From the NCBI RefSeq assembly GCF_006345805.1, contig NC_043012.1, positions 12,834,001-12,898,000 of the forward strand: 64,000 nt of DNA, in the 5' to 3' direction. The position numbers and the translations under genes were made by a program. Below, piece by piece: positions 28,057-40,670 of this stretch. The stretch comes from Octopus sinensis (taxonomy: Eukaryota). The notes beneath the pieces are model-generated. The model worked only from the letters and a program-made list of their open reading frames with translations. It was not told the DNA's origin and did no database searches. The first letter of the stretch is position 1; the number at the start of each line of letters is the position of its first letter.

Positions 28057-28410
28057 GAGAAAATGTGGCATCTCAAGGCGGTTACAATACCAGTGATCGT
28101 AGGAGCACTAGGAATGATCAAGAAGGGAACCGAAAATTATATAGAGAATGATCCCTGGCTTGCCATCCCTGCAAGAAGTGCAAAAGATTGTCTTAACTGG
28201 TACATCACACGTATTGAGAAGTGCATTGTCGCTGTGAGAGCTGTTACTGCCCATGTATTTTAATTTAACCCTAAAAAAGAAAAAAAAAATGAACGAACTA
28301 TTGAGTTTGGTTTAATGGCCTACCAATGTATACTATGAGTTTCTTTGCCCTAGGAGTCGGGAAGACGCTCGGCAAGAAATGGAAGCAAATTTGAAAGAAG
28401 AAGAAAAAAA
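28057..28410 (+). mobile_element. R4/Dong-clade LINE 3' end inserted in (TAA)n
   Basis: KMWHLKAVTIPVIVGALGMIKKG...LQEVQKIVLTGTSHVLRSAL plus 3' UTR. (TAA)n on both sides (28007-28056, 28411-28425). Confidence 0.75.
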
Positions 28411-28729
28411 ATAATAATAATAATATTTATGCGTGTATGTGTGTTTGGGTGTGTGTATATGTCGTTGTGAATGTGTGCATGGGTTTTGTCTTTCAACGTT
28501 TCTTTGTATTTGTTACTGTCCTCTAGATTTACACATGGAATCCCTACAGATGTTGGCTACTAACGCCATCAAATTGAACAATATCATTGTTACAGGCACA
28601 CAGTCCTGTTGATGCTTGGACACTAACTAATGAGGGAAGCGCATGACACAACTTATGCGTGATATTTTTCCGTGTGTTCACTGGTAGCAATGTAATGTCT
28701 CATCATTTGTTTGAATTTTGTAGGCTTGC

Positions 28730-28870
28730 CTGGGTGGTATGAGACCTGGTTCCTAAACACATGGTTGTGTGTTCAGTTCTACTGCGTCACCACAAGCATG
28801 TGTCATCTGCTATAGCCTCGAGCCGACAAAATCCACGTAGGTGTATTCAGCGGGGGAAACTGGAAGAAAC
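28730..28870 (+). mobile_element. SINE family B head (its tail is probably 29860-30054)
   Basis: cacatggttgtgtgttcagtt...ctatagcctcgagccgac...gaaactggaagaa. Confidence 0.6.
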
Positions 28871-28880
28871 ACGCTCTCGC

Positions 28881-28969
<89 letters not shown>

Positions 28970-28996
28970 TTCTCTTTGTCTCTCTCTTATTCCATG

Positions 28997-29029
<33 letters not shown>

Positions 29030-29094
29030 ATGTATGTATGTATGTATATATATATATATGTATATATATGTATGTATATATGTATATATATGTA

Positions 29095-29810
29095 TAGCGT
29101 AAAGAAAATAGCCGGAATACGTAGTGTATAAAAAAGTACTCTCTCAAAAGTAATGACAGCCTTCGAGAAAGAGGGAAAAACTTCCATTCGAAACAAAACC
29201 CCAGAAAAAAACCAGACTATTTCAGATAGGGGCCGTCGGAATCTTACGCGAAATTTTAGAAAGAATCACAAAAGTACAGCTGCCAGAATTACTGCAGAGC
29301 TTCATGACCACTTCGAGAGCCTAGTTTCCAAACTGTTCGGCGGGAGCTGCAGAAAGCCGGATTTCATGGGAGGGCTGCAACCAGAAAACCACTACTTTCA
29401 AAAACAAACGTTGCAAGGCGTTTAGATTGGAGTAAAAGCCTACAGAATTGTTCCCCAGTGCAGTGGAGGAATGTTATTTCCTCGGACGATTCATCCTTTA
29501 CCACCATATTTTCGACCACCGGACTAGTATACATGTGGAAACAGGAAAAAGATGCATTTGGCCCAAACTGACTTCTTCCAAATGTAAAACATGGAGGAGC
29601 ATCTGTGATGATCGGGTTAGGGGTATATCTTGGAATTCCGCCAAGCCAATGCTTTCCCTTCGTGGCAGAAGTAATATTCAAGACTATTTAAGCATTTTAT
29701 TTAATCAAATTCATCTGCAAACTTTGTAGGAGTCCATACCTTGTAGAATTCAATCTGTAAATACACCCAAAGGCGGTCCTACACATATTAATATATATAT
29801 ATATATCTTT
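29095..29810 (+). mobile_element. Tc1-like transposase remnant with internal deletion
   Basis: LSKVMTAFEKEGKT, TAARITAEL, VRRELQKAGFHGRAATRKPLLSK, WRNVISSDDS, VKHGGASVM. The reading then jumps to LQTL*ESIPCRIQ...KGGPT. Confidence 0.85.
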
Positions 29811-29859
29811 AGAGAGAGAGAGAGAGAGAGGGGGAGAGATAAATAGATAAATAGATAGG

Positions 29860-30054
29860 TATCTGTGCCGTGTGTTTGTGTTTGACCGTACTATGAACTT
29901 GAGAACCGGTGTGTTCACGCTCTCGTAACACACCAGTTTGGCAAAAATGTCTCTAGAGCAAATATTGAGGTCGATTAATTCGACTTAATTTGCTGCAAGG
30001 CGTTGCCCAAGCACAGCTGCAGTCCAGTGGTTCAAACTAATAAAAGTTAAAACA
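29860..30054 (+). mobile_element. SINE family B tail (left arm of inverted duplication)
   Basis: Reverse complement of 30126-30320 with shared private variants. Confidence 0.75.
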
Positions 30055-30125
30055 TTATATATAATGTTATATATATACACATATATACATACATACACAT
30101 ATACATATACATACGTATTTATATA

Positions 30126-30320
30126 TGTTTCAACTTTTATTAGTTTGAATCATTGGACTGCAGCTGTGCTTGGGCAACGCCTTGGAGCAAATTAAGTCGA
30201 ATTAATCGACCTCAGTACTTAGTTCAAAGCTTTAGTACTTACACTATCAGGCATTGTTTGCCAAAGTGGTATGTTACGAGAGCGTAAACACACCGATTCT
30301 CAAGTTCACAGTAGGGTCAA
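30126..30320 (-). mobile_element. SINE family B tail (right arm of inverted duplication)
   Basis: ttttattagtttgaatcattggactgcagctgtgcttgggcaacgcctt mirrors 29997-30046. Confidence 0.75.
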
Positions 30321-30356
30321 TCACACACACACACACAGCACATATATCTATCTATC

Positions 30357-30408
<52 letters not shown>

Positions 30409-30409
30409 A

Positions 30410-30460
<51 letters not shown>

Positions 30461-30510
30461 ACTATCTATCTATCTATCTAACTATCTATCTATATATCTA
30501 TCTATCTATA

Positions 30511-30544
<34 letters not shown>

Positions 30545-30625
30545 CTATCGATCTATCTATGTATCTATCTATCTATCTATCTAACCATCTATCTATCTAA
30601 CTATCTATCTATCTATCTGCCAGTG

Positions 30626-30675
<50 letters not shown>

Positions 30676-30689
30676 ACTATCTATCTCTC

Positions 30690-31030
30690 TGGCTTGGACA
30701 AAATAGCGGAAACACCTGAAAATTTCAAACAAATTATGTTAATATGAGTAGGAATGCCTTTGGCAGCTTGAATTCTACAAAGTTTGCAGTGTTTCCAAAA
30801 ATATTTTTGTCCATTCATCAACCAAAACAGTCTCCAGTTCTTATAGTGATGACAGTAGAGGATATCGACTCCTTATTTGTTCTTCTAAAATGTACCATAC
30901 ATGTTCAATAATATTGAGTTCTTGGAACTGTGGTGGCTAGATAAGATGTTCAGCTTGCCTAGAATGTTCCTTGTGTCATTCAGTAACAACTTCATTTGTG
31001 TGAATTGGTGCATTATCATCCTGAATGATT
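30690..31030 (-). mobile_element. Tc1-like transposase C-terminus with terminal inverted repeat
   Basis: Minus strand IQDDNAPIHT...PPQFQELNIIEHVW...ETLQTL. Ends in TIR-like ggtgtttccgctattttgtccaagcc. Confidence 0.85.
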
Positions 31031-31077
31031 GCGGTGTAGGAAAAGTCTTGAGCATAAAATAAACAAAACATCATACA

Positions 31078-31110
31078 AGGCTTCTGATGAAGGTACGAAA
31101 CGTCGAGGCT
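31078..31110 (+). ncRNA. Decayed minimal hammerhead
   Basis: aggctt-CTGATGA-aggtac-GAAA-cg-TC-gaggct. Stem I 5/6 pairs, stem II collapsed. Confidence 0.5.
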
Positions 31111-32521
31111 CAAAACTTTTCATACTCTCCTCGTGTGTGTATGTGTGTGTATGTGTGTGTGTGTGTGGTGTGTGTGTGTGTAGACACACGCGTAATTATT
31201 CACGTATGAACGTTTTTCTTATTTATTGCAATATACATACTCTTTTATACATGAGTGCATATGAGTGTTTGAGCGTGTACATTTATATGGTATATTAATT
31301 TGTACATGATCGCATACATCTCTTTATATTAGTATTATAAAAATATCAATATATCAGATTCGTTTTAATTATACGTCCATAATGAGCAGTGTACGATAGG
31401 CTCTGGCTAATTCAAGTCTACATCTCCATCTAAGTCTTTGTTATTTACGGAAACAATTTCTTTTAAAATATATGAGTATTCCAAAACCGTAAAACTGCTT
31501 CGATTAAGTATTATTCAGAAGCTACAGCAGTTCATAAGAAATACGTACGCTGATCAATATTAATACAGAAAAATATCATGCTAATATGATTCATCGGATA
31601 ACTTCCATGTGTTAAACTTTCACCTTTGTTTGTCTCATATATATATATATATATATATGATCCTAGCTAAAATTGAACCCATATATCAAGGTTACATGGC
31701 TACTCGTCATCCGATGAGGCCAATGGCTTACGCATTAATTTCTGCCAAATTTTACGTATATATACTTAATATTTCTAATACTACATATTATATTTTATAA
31801 ACCAACCATGTAAGCGTTGATAAGTGCGTTCGATTTTGGCTGGGGTTATTTCATCATTTTCAGTCAATTTCTTTCTATATAAACGCCACTTTAAATCGGT
31901 GAGCATATATTATTATTATGATGCGTTATTTTAGCTATTATTGTATATATATACATACATATGCACCACAAACACACGTATGTATTATAGACATCGCGTC
32001 AACTATAAACATGTTCCCGTTTTTTTTTTGTGTAAATCTATGTTAGAAGTGATCAAAGAATTCTATGTTCAAACTTGTCTAACTGTTTGATATTTCAGCA
32101 TTTCATCTAAGTTCATCTAATTTCTAAACAATATATTCAAGAGTGAATTATACGAGGTTTTCTCCTTTTTGATATTATTTGAATATTTTCTCCTCTTTAA
32201 AGATGAATGAGTATAATTTGAAAGGAATTTATTTGCTATTTGAAATGCGACGTTAAATTGTCGTGTTACTGAAGCATGCATCTCATTGTATATCTTCAAT
32301 GCAGAACATTATAATACAATTATATGATACTTGAAATACATCACTAAGTGTAAAGTCACGAAGTGTTTATATTTCTTTGACTTTTTGCGCTTCAATCTTT
32401 GTCGCATTTAAGCTAAACATCTGCCAATTAAATTTAAATATTTTCTATTGTTAAGAGTTCTTGAAGTCATAGAACATCTTATAAAGCTAATTGTTAGATT
32501 AAATCGTCTTTTTATCTGATT

Positions 32522-32765
32522 CACTGTGTTCAAATCTTTAAAAAATTATTTGTGAATAGTTAACACATCTTGTACTGGATTTGATTTGCCGTATTTTATG
32601 TGATATTAAACGCACCAGCATATTAAACGGACATTCATCAAATCAATTGATAGAGCATTAATACCTATGGTATGTCCATCTTTACGCATAGAACACGGGA
32701 AGATATTTTCGAGATACTTGTTTTTAAATAAATCTGCATCTTATATGCCATGAAATATGGTAATC
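32522..32765 (-). pseudogene. Decayed reading frame, possibly DEDD 3'-5' exonuclease-like
   Basis: One frame with 3 stops: ITIFHGI*DADLFKNKYLENIFP...KYGKSNPVQDVLTIHK*FF. Only loose ExoII/ExoIII-like spacing. Confidence 0.2.
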
Positions 32766-32939
32766 TATTAAAAGTTTTCACTGTACACGCCGTTAATGCT
32801 GTATACAGTTGCTGCCGTATATTATGGTCATCGTTAAGGAGAACCCGAGTACGAAAAGCCACAAAAATTTCACGAAATACAATTTATGAAGCTAAATGTT
32901 ATTGACCACCTGTAGATCTTCATTATTATACTTCCTAAA

Positions 32940-33280
32940 GGCAGCTGCCTCTACGTTCTGAGTTCAAATTCCGCCGAGGTCGACTTTGCCTTTCATCCTT
33001 TCGGGGTCGATAAATTAAGCACCAGTTACGCACTGGGGTCGATGTAATCGACTTAATCCATTTGTCTGTCCTTGTTTGTCTCCTCTGTGAGTGGTTCCTT
33101 GTGGGTAGTAAAGAAATAGGTATTTCGCCCTTCATTACGTTCTGAGTTCAAATTCCGCCGAGCATAACTTTGCCTTTCATCCTTCCGGTGTCGTTAAATT
33201 AAGTACCAGTTGAGTACTTGGGTCGATGTAATCGACTATCCCACTCCACCAAATTTCAGGAGTTGTGTTTATATTAGAAA
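32940..33280 (+). mobile_element. SINE family A-type dimer
   Basis: First unit ends aaagaaataggtattt (33110-33125) and runs into a second headless unit. Confidence 0.85.
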
Positions 33281-35079
33281 CCATTAATACACTTCCTATT
33301 TTCTCCGCTCATTAATATCCATTCAAATGTCATTTAAAATAAGCCAGTTGCTATTGCGTATAATCAGGCAAAACCTACAAAACCGCTTTAAATTTCGCTT
33401 GAATCCACTTCAGCTTATTTCCAGTACGTCTGGCAATATTAAATGTAACATGTATTTAAACAACGTATCACGACAGTTTCATTAACGTCAGTTAAACATA
33501 AACTCTATGTCCTATTGCACCAAATCGATATTACAAAAAGCAGTAGCCAGCTTTGTCAATTACACTGGTATGCTGTTAATACAAAAATACCGGCACATAT
33601 TTGATAATTGTTATTTCATCCAACGTTTTATTTTAACAAAACACAATCATGCAGGTTGTCTAGCGATATCTAGCCTGTAAAATTTATTGATATGAAATTG
33701 AATGAGTAATAATAACGTCATGTAAATAACCGAGACTTAAAAGACGTCAAATAAGAATCGTAGAGCGTACGAAAACACTGATTCTTATAAAGTATGAGTA
33801 AAGTTTGAGATTCTTTATTTTTAAATACACTGGTAACGTTATTAATACGTCGAAGAAACAGACAGCTTTATTTAGTTACATCATCATACGCTTTGAGACA
33901 GAAGACAACCAAGTATAATCAGATATTACAAAACACAAAAACACAAAACAAAGGAAAACAAGAAATGAATACACCTATATGTGTGTTTTCATCACAATAA
34001 AAAATATATTGATTTCTGGTAGAGAACTTAAACATTCGTAAGTAATTTCTCAATATTTTTATTTTAGTCTTGTGTGTCAACTCTGCAACGAACGAGTAAC
34101 TCACTCGTGCGCGTGCGTAGATACACACATATTAATGTATATACAATTACGCCAAACTTACTGTCCATCTGCTTGTATCTATATTTTTCTAGATATACGC
34201 TATATATGTGCATATTCTGTGTGTATATATTCATATGTATATATGTATGTATATACGACAAGGAATAATTTGTGTCTGGTATTGTGGTAACAAAAGTGTT
34301 TATAGGACTGCAAAAATAAATTGTTCAAGTGTATTTGAGACAGAGATAAAGGAACATTGATCATAGAACAAACATCAAATTCGAGTCAACAACTTTATAT
34401 ATAACACCATACCTCAAACATTTGATCATATATAAATATTACCACGGTCTTGCACATATAAAAATATACTTATACAAAAAACACAGAAGGTAAAAATTTA
34501 TAGGCGAATAAAATACAAATATAGAACGGCATATCAAAAGAGTAAATGCCAACGACTACAAAATCATAAAAATTCTAAAACGTGTCGTGCTACTAAAAAC
34601 CTAAATACACGAAGATCAAATAAAATATTCATTGATTGAAAATAAAAATTTTTAAAGTTCTTTTTTACTGCCCTCACACAAGAGTACTCCAAAGCGTTCC
34701 CTTCTTAAAACCATGGTAATTTAGAGTCCAAAAGCAGAACGAGTTCCAGAAAATTCATTTTAAACACCTCCGGTCATTTCGGGAGTTCATTACCGAGGTT
34801 CGATTACATTTAAAGTGCAGCTCAGCAATGAACCCCTCACCAGGATGAACACGAAACACGCACAAAACCAAACCAATGTGATGGCATTTTATTCGCATAT
34901 ATACTTATACCTTCTGTTTATTTTCTCTCTGTATATTTCTATATGTGTAAGAACCATGTTAATATTTATATATGATCAAATGTTTGAGGTGATGTGTTAT
35001 ATATAAAGTTGTTGACTCGAATTTGATGTTTGTTCTAAGATCAATGATCCTTATGTATATCTATATATACATACATACA

Positions 35080-35132
<53 letters not shown>

Positions 35133-35184
35133 TATATATACATGTATATATATATACAACATATATATACATATACATATATAC

Positions 35185-35220
<36 letters not shown>

Positions 35221-35269
35221 TATATAATATATATTATATATAATATATACATCCAATATTCTTTAAATA

Positions 35270-35752
35270 GTCAGAACTTTATTCTCGGTCACAAAGAACA
35301 TCTATACACCCTCACCCAAATATGACCGATGCCTGACCCGTTTGAATTCTTCAGCCACGGTTAACATACACTGATAAACGTTTCGCCATGGGCTCTTAGG
35401 AGCACAGTTCGATTTGTTTTTTGCTCCGCCTCTGTTCTGTTTTTGTTTTTCCAACGGATTTCCTTTTTTCTTCCTGATGAGAAAGACACAATATGGTCCC
35501 ATTATCAATCGGATTTTGGTATTGTTGCCTTTCGAACACGTGTAGATAAATAAAACGATGTCTGTTCAATCTGCGTTCAGCTCCATTTCTTCAATTCACC
35601 AATAATGTTTTAATTCAATATCCGCAACCAACGCACGGTTGCAACGCAAGATGTTGTACCTCCAACCGTGTGTTTACTGCTGTGATTTTTGCTACTAGGT
35701 ATCGGTTAACTTTGATTAATCTACTACAAGATTTTCATCTTTCTATTTCACA
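35270..35752 (+). mobile_element. Hammerhead-bearing non-coding element, copy 1, between (TA)n tracts
   Basis: 35410-35752 aligns along its length with 47860-48212. Core CTGATGA (35474)...GAA-cacgtg-TA has lost one A. Confidence 0.8.
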
Positions 35753-35768
35753 TAATATATATATATAG

Positions 35769-35803
<35 letters not shown>

Positions 35804-35863
35804 CATATACACACATATACATTACATAAATACGTATTGCCGTATGTTTTGTGCATTAAGATA

Positions 35864-36110
35864 AAGACTGATTTCTAGACATCCCACGACTAGGTTAGCA
35901 AAGGAGGGTACCATTCTCGTACCCATCGTAGTCCCCGATTTTTGTCGATAGATGTTGCCGATAAAAGCTGAAGACGCAGTAGTTATATTCCAAGATCAAT
36001 TTTGTATGCATCCTTTCAAGAAATCTGTTAAACTTGGTTCAGTAATCCCGGGGAACCCTGACCGGATTCTGCCCCATATAGTTGAAAATGCTACCAACTC
36101 TTAGCATATG
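35864..36110 (-). mobile_element. Penelope-like RT fragment
   Basis: Near-identical to 52017-52110 over about 90 bp (QKSGTTMGTRMVPSFANLVVG). Confidence 0.8.
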
Positions 36111-36527
36111 ACCAAATGCAAAGAATTGCATATCACCAAGGGAATGAATCAAAACATATATGTAGGTTTTTCGCCTGTGTCATTTCTTTACGAGCTTTAC
36201 AAATTATAATTAATTTGTATTTTTATAATATGAAAAGTTTCAAAATCCTTTTATCATACAAATAAATTATTTATGCAACCATATTTCTACAGCTTCTTTC
36301 TTTCAATATATATATATATATACGAGAGTATGCACATCAATGCGAAAAAACAGTACTCGAATAACAGAGGTAGAGCAATAAGCTTTATTAAACAGCTGTA
36401 AGAATATCACAAAAACTGTTACCCAGAGTTTCACGTTCACGCTCGTCGGACAGTTTTGTTTAGTCAAAAAAAAAAACTGTCCGACGAACGGGAACAGTTT
36501 TGGCGATATTTTGCAACCTTTAACAGA

Positions 36528-36560
<33 letters not shown>

Positions 36561-36711
36561 AGTGTGTGTGTGCTCGTGTGCGTCTGTGTTTATGTTTGTG
36601 TTTCTGTGTATGCTTGCTTGTGTGAGTATGCATGTGTGTGTTTTGGGGGGGGCGATGCTGCTTGTGTGTAGAAGAGATTAGCACCACGTAGTAATCGAAA
36701 AGTTCTTTCAG

Positions 36712-36769
36712 GAATTTTGATATCATTAGATGTACTAATTTGAATGACATATGTTCAACTTTTGTCCAA
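36712..36769 (+). other. Candidate 58-nt internal exon
   Basis: ttctttcag|G acceptor and CAA|GTAAGT donor. One open frame: NFDIIRCTNLNDICSTFVQ. No homology recognised. Confidence 0.2.
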
Positions 36770-38667
36770 GTAAGTATACCATTTTATCAATCCCTTGTGT
36801 CTATTAGAACCGTTTTGATACTTAATCTTACGAAAATGGATCCTCATATTGTCTTTAAAAATAGCCGAATATTTTCATAAAGCAATTTCACTATATGTAT
36901 AATTTCATTAAATTTACCGCACGGGATTCAATTTAGCAAGTAACATGTTTTTGGAATATATATCAGCATGTATTATATAATATCTGTATTAACTCCAAGA
37001 AATCGCTTATTGAGTTAATGTGCACAACATAATGGGGCTTAAAAGCTTTGTAAAATATTGTAATAGGATTAAGGGATATTGCTATTTTATTCTTGTCCCG
37101 TTTTCAGTGAAAGTTGTATTTTTTGGTTACGTTTCGTGAATTAATAGAATCCAGCATCAATGTATGTTAAAGAGACAATGAAATGGATATCATCGATTTT
37201 AACCTATGACTTCCATTAATTATTTTGAACAGAAATTTATACTTGATAACAAATAAATATGAAATTTCTATCTTGCTTGTATAAGTCAAGCTGACATCAG
37301 TAAAGGCTGCACAGAAACAAGATTTAATTGTGGAAGACTAGTAGCTATATTTTTAAAATTAATTTAAGCAGTATATCACCAGAAGTAAAGTTTCTAATTT
37401 ATATAAAATCAGGGATAATCTAATCATTCTAAGACTAGATCGGCAAATCTTATACTTCGCACTACCTTTCTCTCTTCGCATGAAATATCTACGTAAACTC
37501 TTCTTTATAATCCTAAAATCTAATTTACCAACACAGTATAAATACGAAGCTATCTTTCATCCGTGAAAATCACTTACTCCACCATACCTAACTTGGGATC
37601 CATGACCACCTCGTCTAACAGATGTAAACTTCAACACAAGTCCTCGGAACACCCAGACTCTCACATTGTTTCCCACATTAACCCACAAATTAGCAATAAC
37701 CCAACCTTTAATAGCCCCACCTCAATTAAATAATACCAGGCTCCATCCATCTTCCCACAATTCTACCCACGCAACACCTTATACTAGCTGCAGTGCCATA
37801 TCCAAATCCAATACAAATACAGATTACACTTCTAATACACATCTAACATTATTGCTAATACCTATTACACTTCGGATCCCCCCCCACTAAGACTGGAACA
37901 ACGGGGCTCAAAGTCACTAGCAGTAAACTCCAGCCACGGAACAAGTATGGAAACTTGCAATTGTCGAGTTTCTCACCGTATCATTTGACAGATTCCTGTC
38001 TTCCTATTCTCACTATCTCAAACTTTAACTCTGTAGCCTTCGCACAAATTTACATAAAGGCTATCATTTACGTACCACCTAAGCCACCCTCCCATCTTCA
38101 TTCTACTTTCCACCTCTACTACAATAACTCCCTACTAGCCTCATTATTAACCGCTATTATTAACACAAACACGTGTTGCTTGCACACACGCACTTGCTAG
38201 CATTCACAACCTTCTAACCTTAACGCCAATTGTAAAATAAAATCTTATCTTCTCTCAAACAGTGGAACGTCCTTGTAGTCAATTCAACTATATTCTGTTG
38301 GCACTGCATTGTATAAAATTGTATTAATGGCTTATCTTATGTCGCTAGGAATGCGACCGTGTGACTTACCTACGTCACCGACCTCAACATACGGTCGTGT
38401 TCCCTACACTAGCGAAACAATTATCTCGAACTAATCTACATTTTGTTATGTTTCTTTGCCCTGTTCATTTGCGCTGGTAGTAGTGCTAACTTTCAACGGA
38501 AACAATTACTTTTGTGGCTGAAACCTTGCGGATCTATTTTTAGTGCTAGAGTAGACCACATGGTGGTCACTCTCTTATATTTATATATATATATATACAT
38601 GTGTGTGCGTGTGTGCGTGTGTGTATATATATATGTATATATGTATATATATATATATATATGCATA

Positions 38668-38975
38668 TGGAGGCGCAACGGCCTAGTGGTTAGGGCAGCG
38701 GACTCGCGGTCGCAGGATCGCGGTTTCGATTCCCAGACCGGGCGTTTTGTGTGTTTATTGAGCGAAAACACCTAAAAGCTCCACGAGGCTTCGGAAGGGG
38801 GTGATGATCCCTGTTGTACTCTTTCACCACTATTTCTCTCACTCTTTCTTCTGTTGGCCTGCTCGCTTAGCCAGCGGGGTGGCGTCATTCGAAGGCTAAA
38901 ACAATGCGAACGCATTGTGACCAGCGATGTGTAGCAACATCTGATGGCCTGGTCTGTCATGTGATCATGTGATAT
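38668..38975 (+). mobile_element. SINE family D head with alternative tail
   Basis: Head as at 50300, but from ~38850 the tail ggcctgctcgcttagccagc...gtgatc is shared with 47175-47295. Flanked by TA-rich repeats. Confidence 0.85.
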
Positions 38976-39529
38976 ATGCATATACGTATTGCTGTATATA
39001 TTTCTATACATTGGTATACAGAACAATGTGTGCATGCGGACGTATAGGTGTATAAATAAATGCACTTTAGAAGAAACACGAAAGGAGAACGGAGACTACC
39101 GCTTTCCTTAATAAATTCATCTATGATTGTAAGCACTCTCTTATAGTATCAGAAATATCAACGGACAAACACTGAGATAAGAATTGAAACTTGTGCAGTT
39201 ACTGAAGCCATATGTGCGCAACATGACGATTACATTATTCGCAACATTTTAAACCATCAAGGTCTTTCTATGAATGAGCGGATTTCCAGCCGCCAGCTGG
39301 AATTTATCGACTGTAACAAACAATGAAAATTCTAAACATCGGTTTATATAACGCTACTGAAACGCATCTATTGGGTTTCAGGTGTCGGAGTGGACTGTCA
39401 CAACGGTTATTCACAAGGATATTCGATGAAGGATATGTGTTCAGAAGTGAGTACAACTAATATCTACAAAGATACATTAAAACTCTTTGATCTGGGATAT
39501 GTATTAACTTGGAAAACATAAAAGCCTAC

Positions 39530-39745
39530 ATATTTCTTTACTACACACAAGGAGCTAAACACAGAGGAGACAAACAAGAACAGACGGACGGATTAAGTCG
39601 ATTATATCGACCCCAGTGCGTAACTGGTACTTAATTTATCGACCCCGAAAGGATGAAAGGCAAAGTCGACCTCGGCTGAATTTGTAGTCAGAATACGGCT
39701 ACGCATTTCGCCCGGCATGCTAACGTTTCTGCCAGCTCGTCGCCT
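39530..39745 (-). mobile_element. SINE family A
   Basis: Family core sequence. Confidence 0.9.
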
Positions 39746-40291
39746 TCATAAAAAGCCTACCTTGTGAATAACAAATGGTTGAGTGAAAACAATTCCGATG
39801 TTCCCAAGGTGTTCTAAACTGAAATTCCAGCAGTTGTGACGAATTTCTAATTCGTTTGTAATAAACTTCGTGTCACATCTTTTGGCTTAAAATAATTTGC
39901 TACGATATTTGAATTCAGTGAATTACAGTTATGCTGTGTATTCACACAACGACATTACAATATTAATGAAAATAGACCTACATTAAAATTGCTTGACAAT
40001 GAATTTTAAAAATGCACGGAAATGCGAGTATATTAAACTGTAAATACACAAATATCAGGAGAAATACATCGATTATTGAAATAATATGGATTAAGATGGC
40101 CCCAAATTGCTTGGATAAAATGTGTTGGTAAAGTTCCAAAATATCTGGAAATGAAAGTGACATATTTCAACGTATTCATATACATGTATGTTATTAGTTT
40201 ACTTCCATAAATTAAATATACACTAATTTCGTACACTGATGTACACACGCGCACATACACACACACGCACACACACACATACACCAACTTT

Positions 40292-40339
<48 letters not shown>

Positions 40340-40351
40340 GTCATCATCATT

Positions 40352-40383
<32 letters not shown>

Positions 40384-40479
40384 TATCATCCTCTTCATCA
40401 TAAAGATGATGTTCTTTAATGGTGCATATTATATTCATATATTCAATATAAGTAATTATTTCTACTCGAGACACAAGCT

Positions 40480-40670
40480 TAACATTTCGGGGTAAATGTC
40501 TTATTCAATTACATCAACAGCAGCGTTTTTCTGATACTTATTACATTGACCTCGAGAGGATGAAATGCAAAGTCATCATCGGCGGAATTTTAACTCAGAA
40601 CATAAAAACGGACGGAATGTAACTAAGCATTTCTCCTCATGTGGTAACCATTCTGCCAGTTTGCCGCCTT
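40480..40670 (-). mobile_element. SINE family A-related, diverged
   Basis: ggatgaaatgcaaagtcatcatcggcggaattttaactcagaac. Confidence 0.7.

Noticed and set aside
31695-31735. CCGATGA-ggcc aat ggct-tacg between TA runs
   Set aside because: Core has two defects and lacks GAAA; too decayed to call.
37480-38220. Nuclear mitochondrial insertion
   Set aside because: Strand skew is suggestive, but no mitochondrial gene motif or tRNA could be read.
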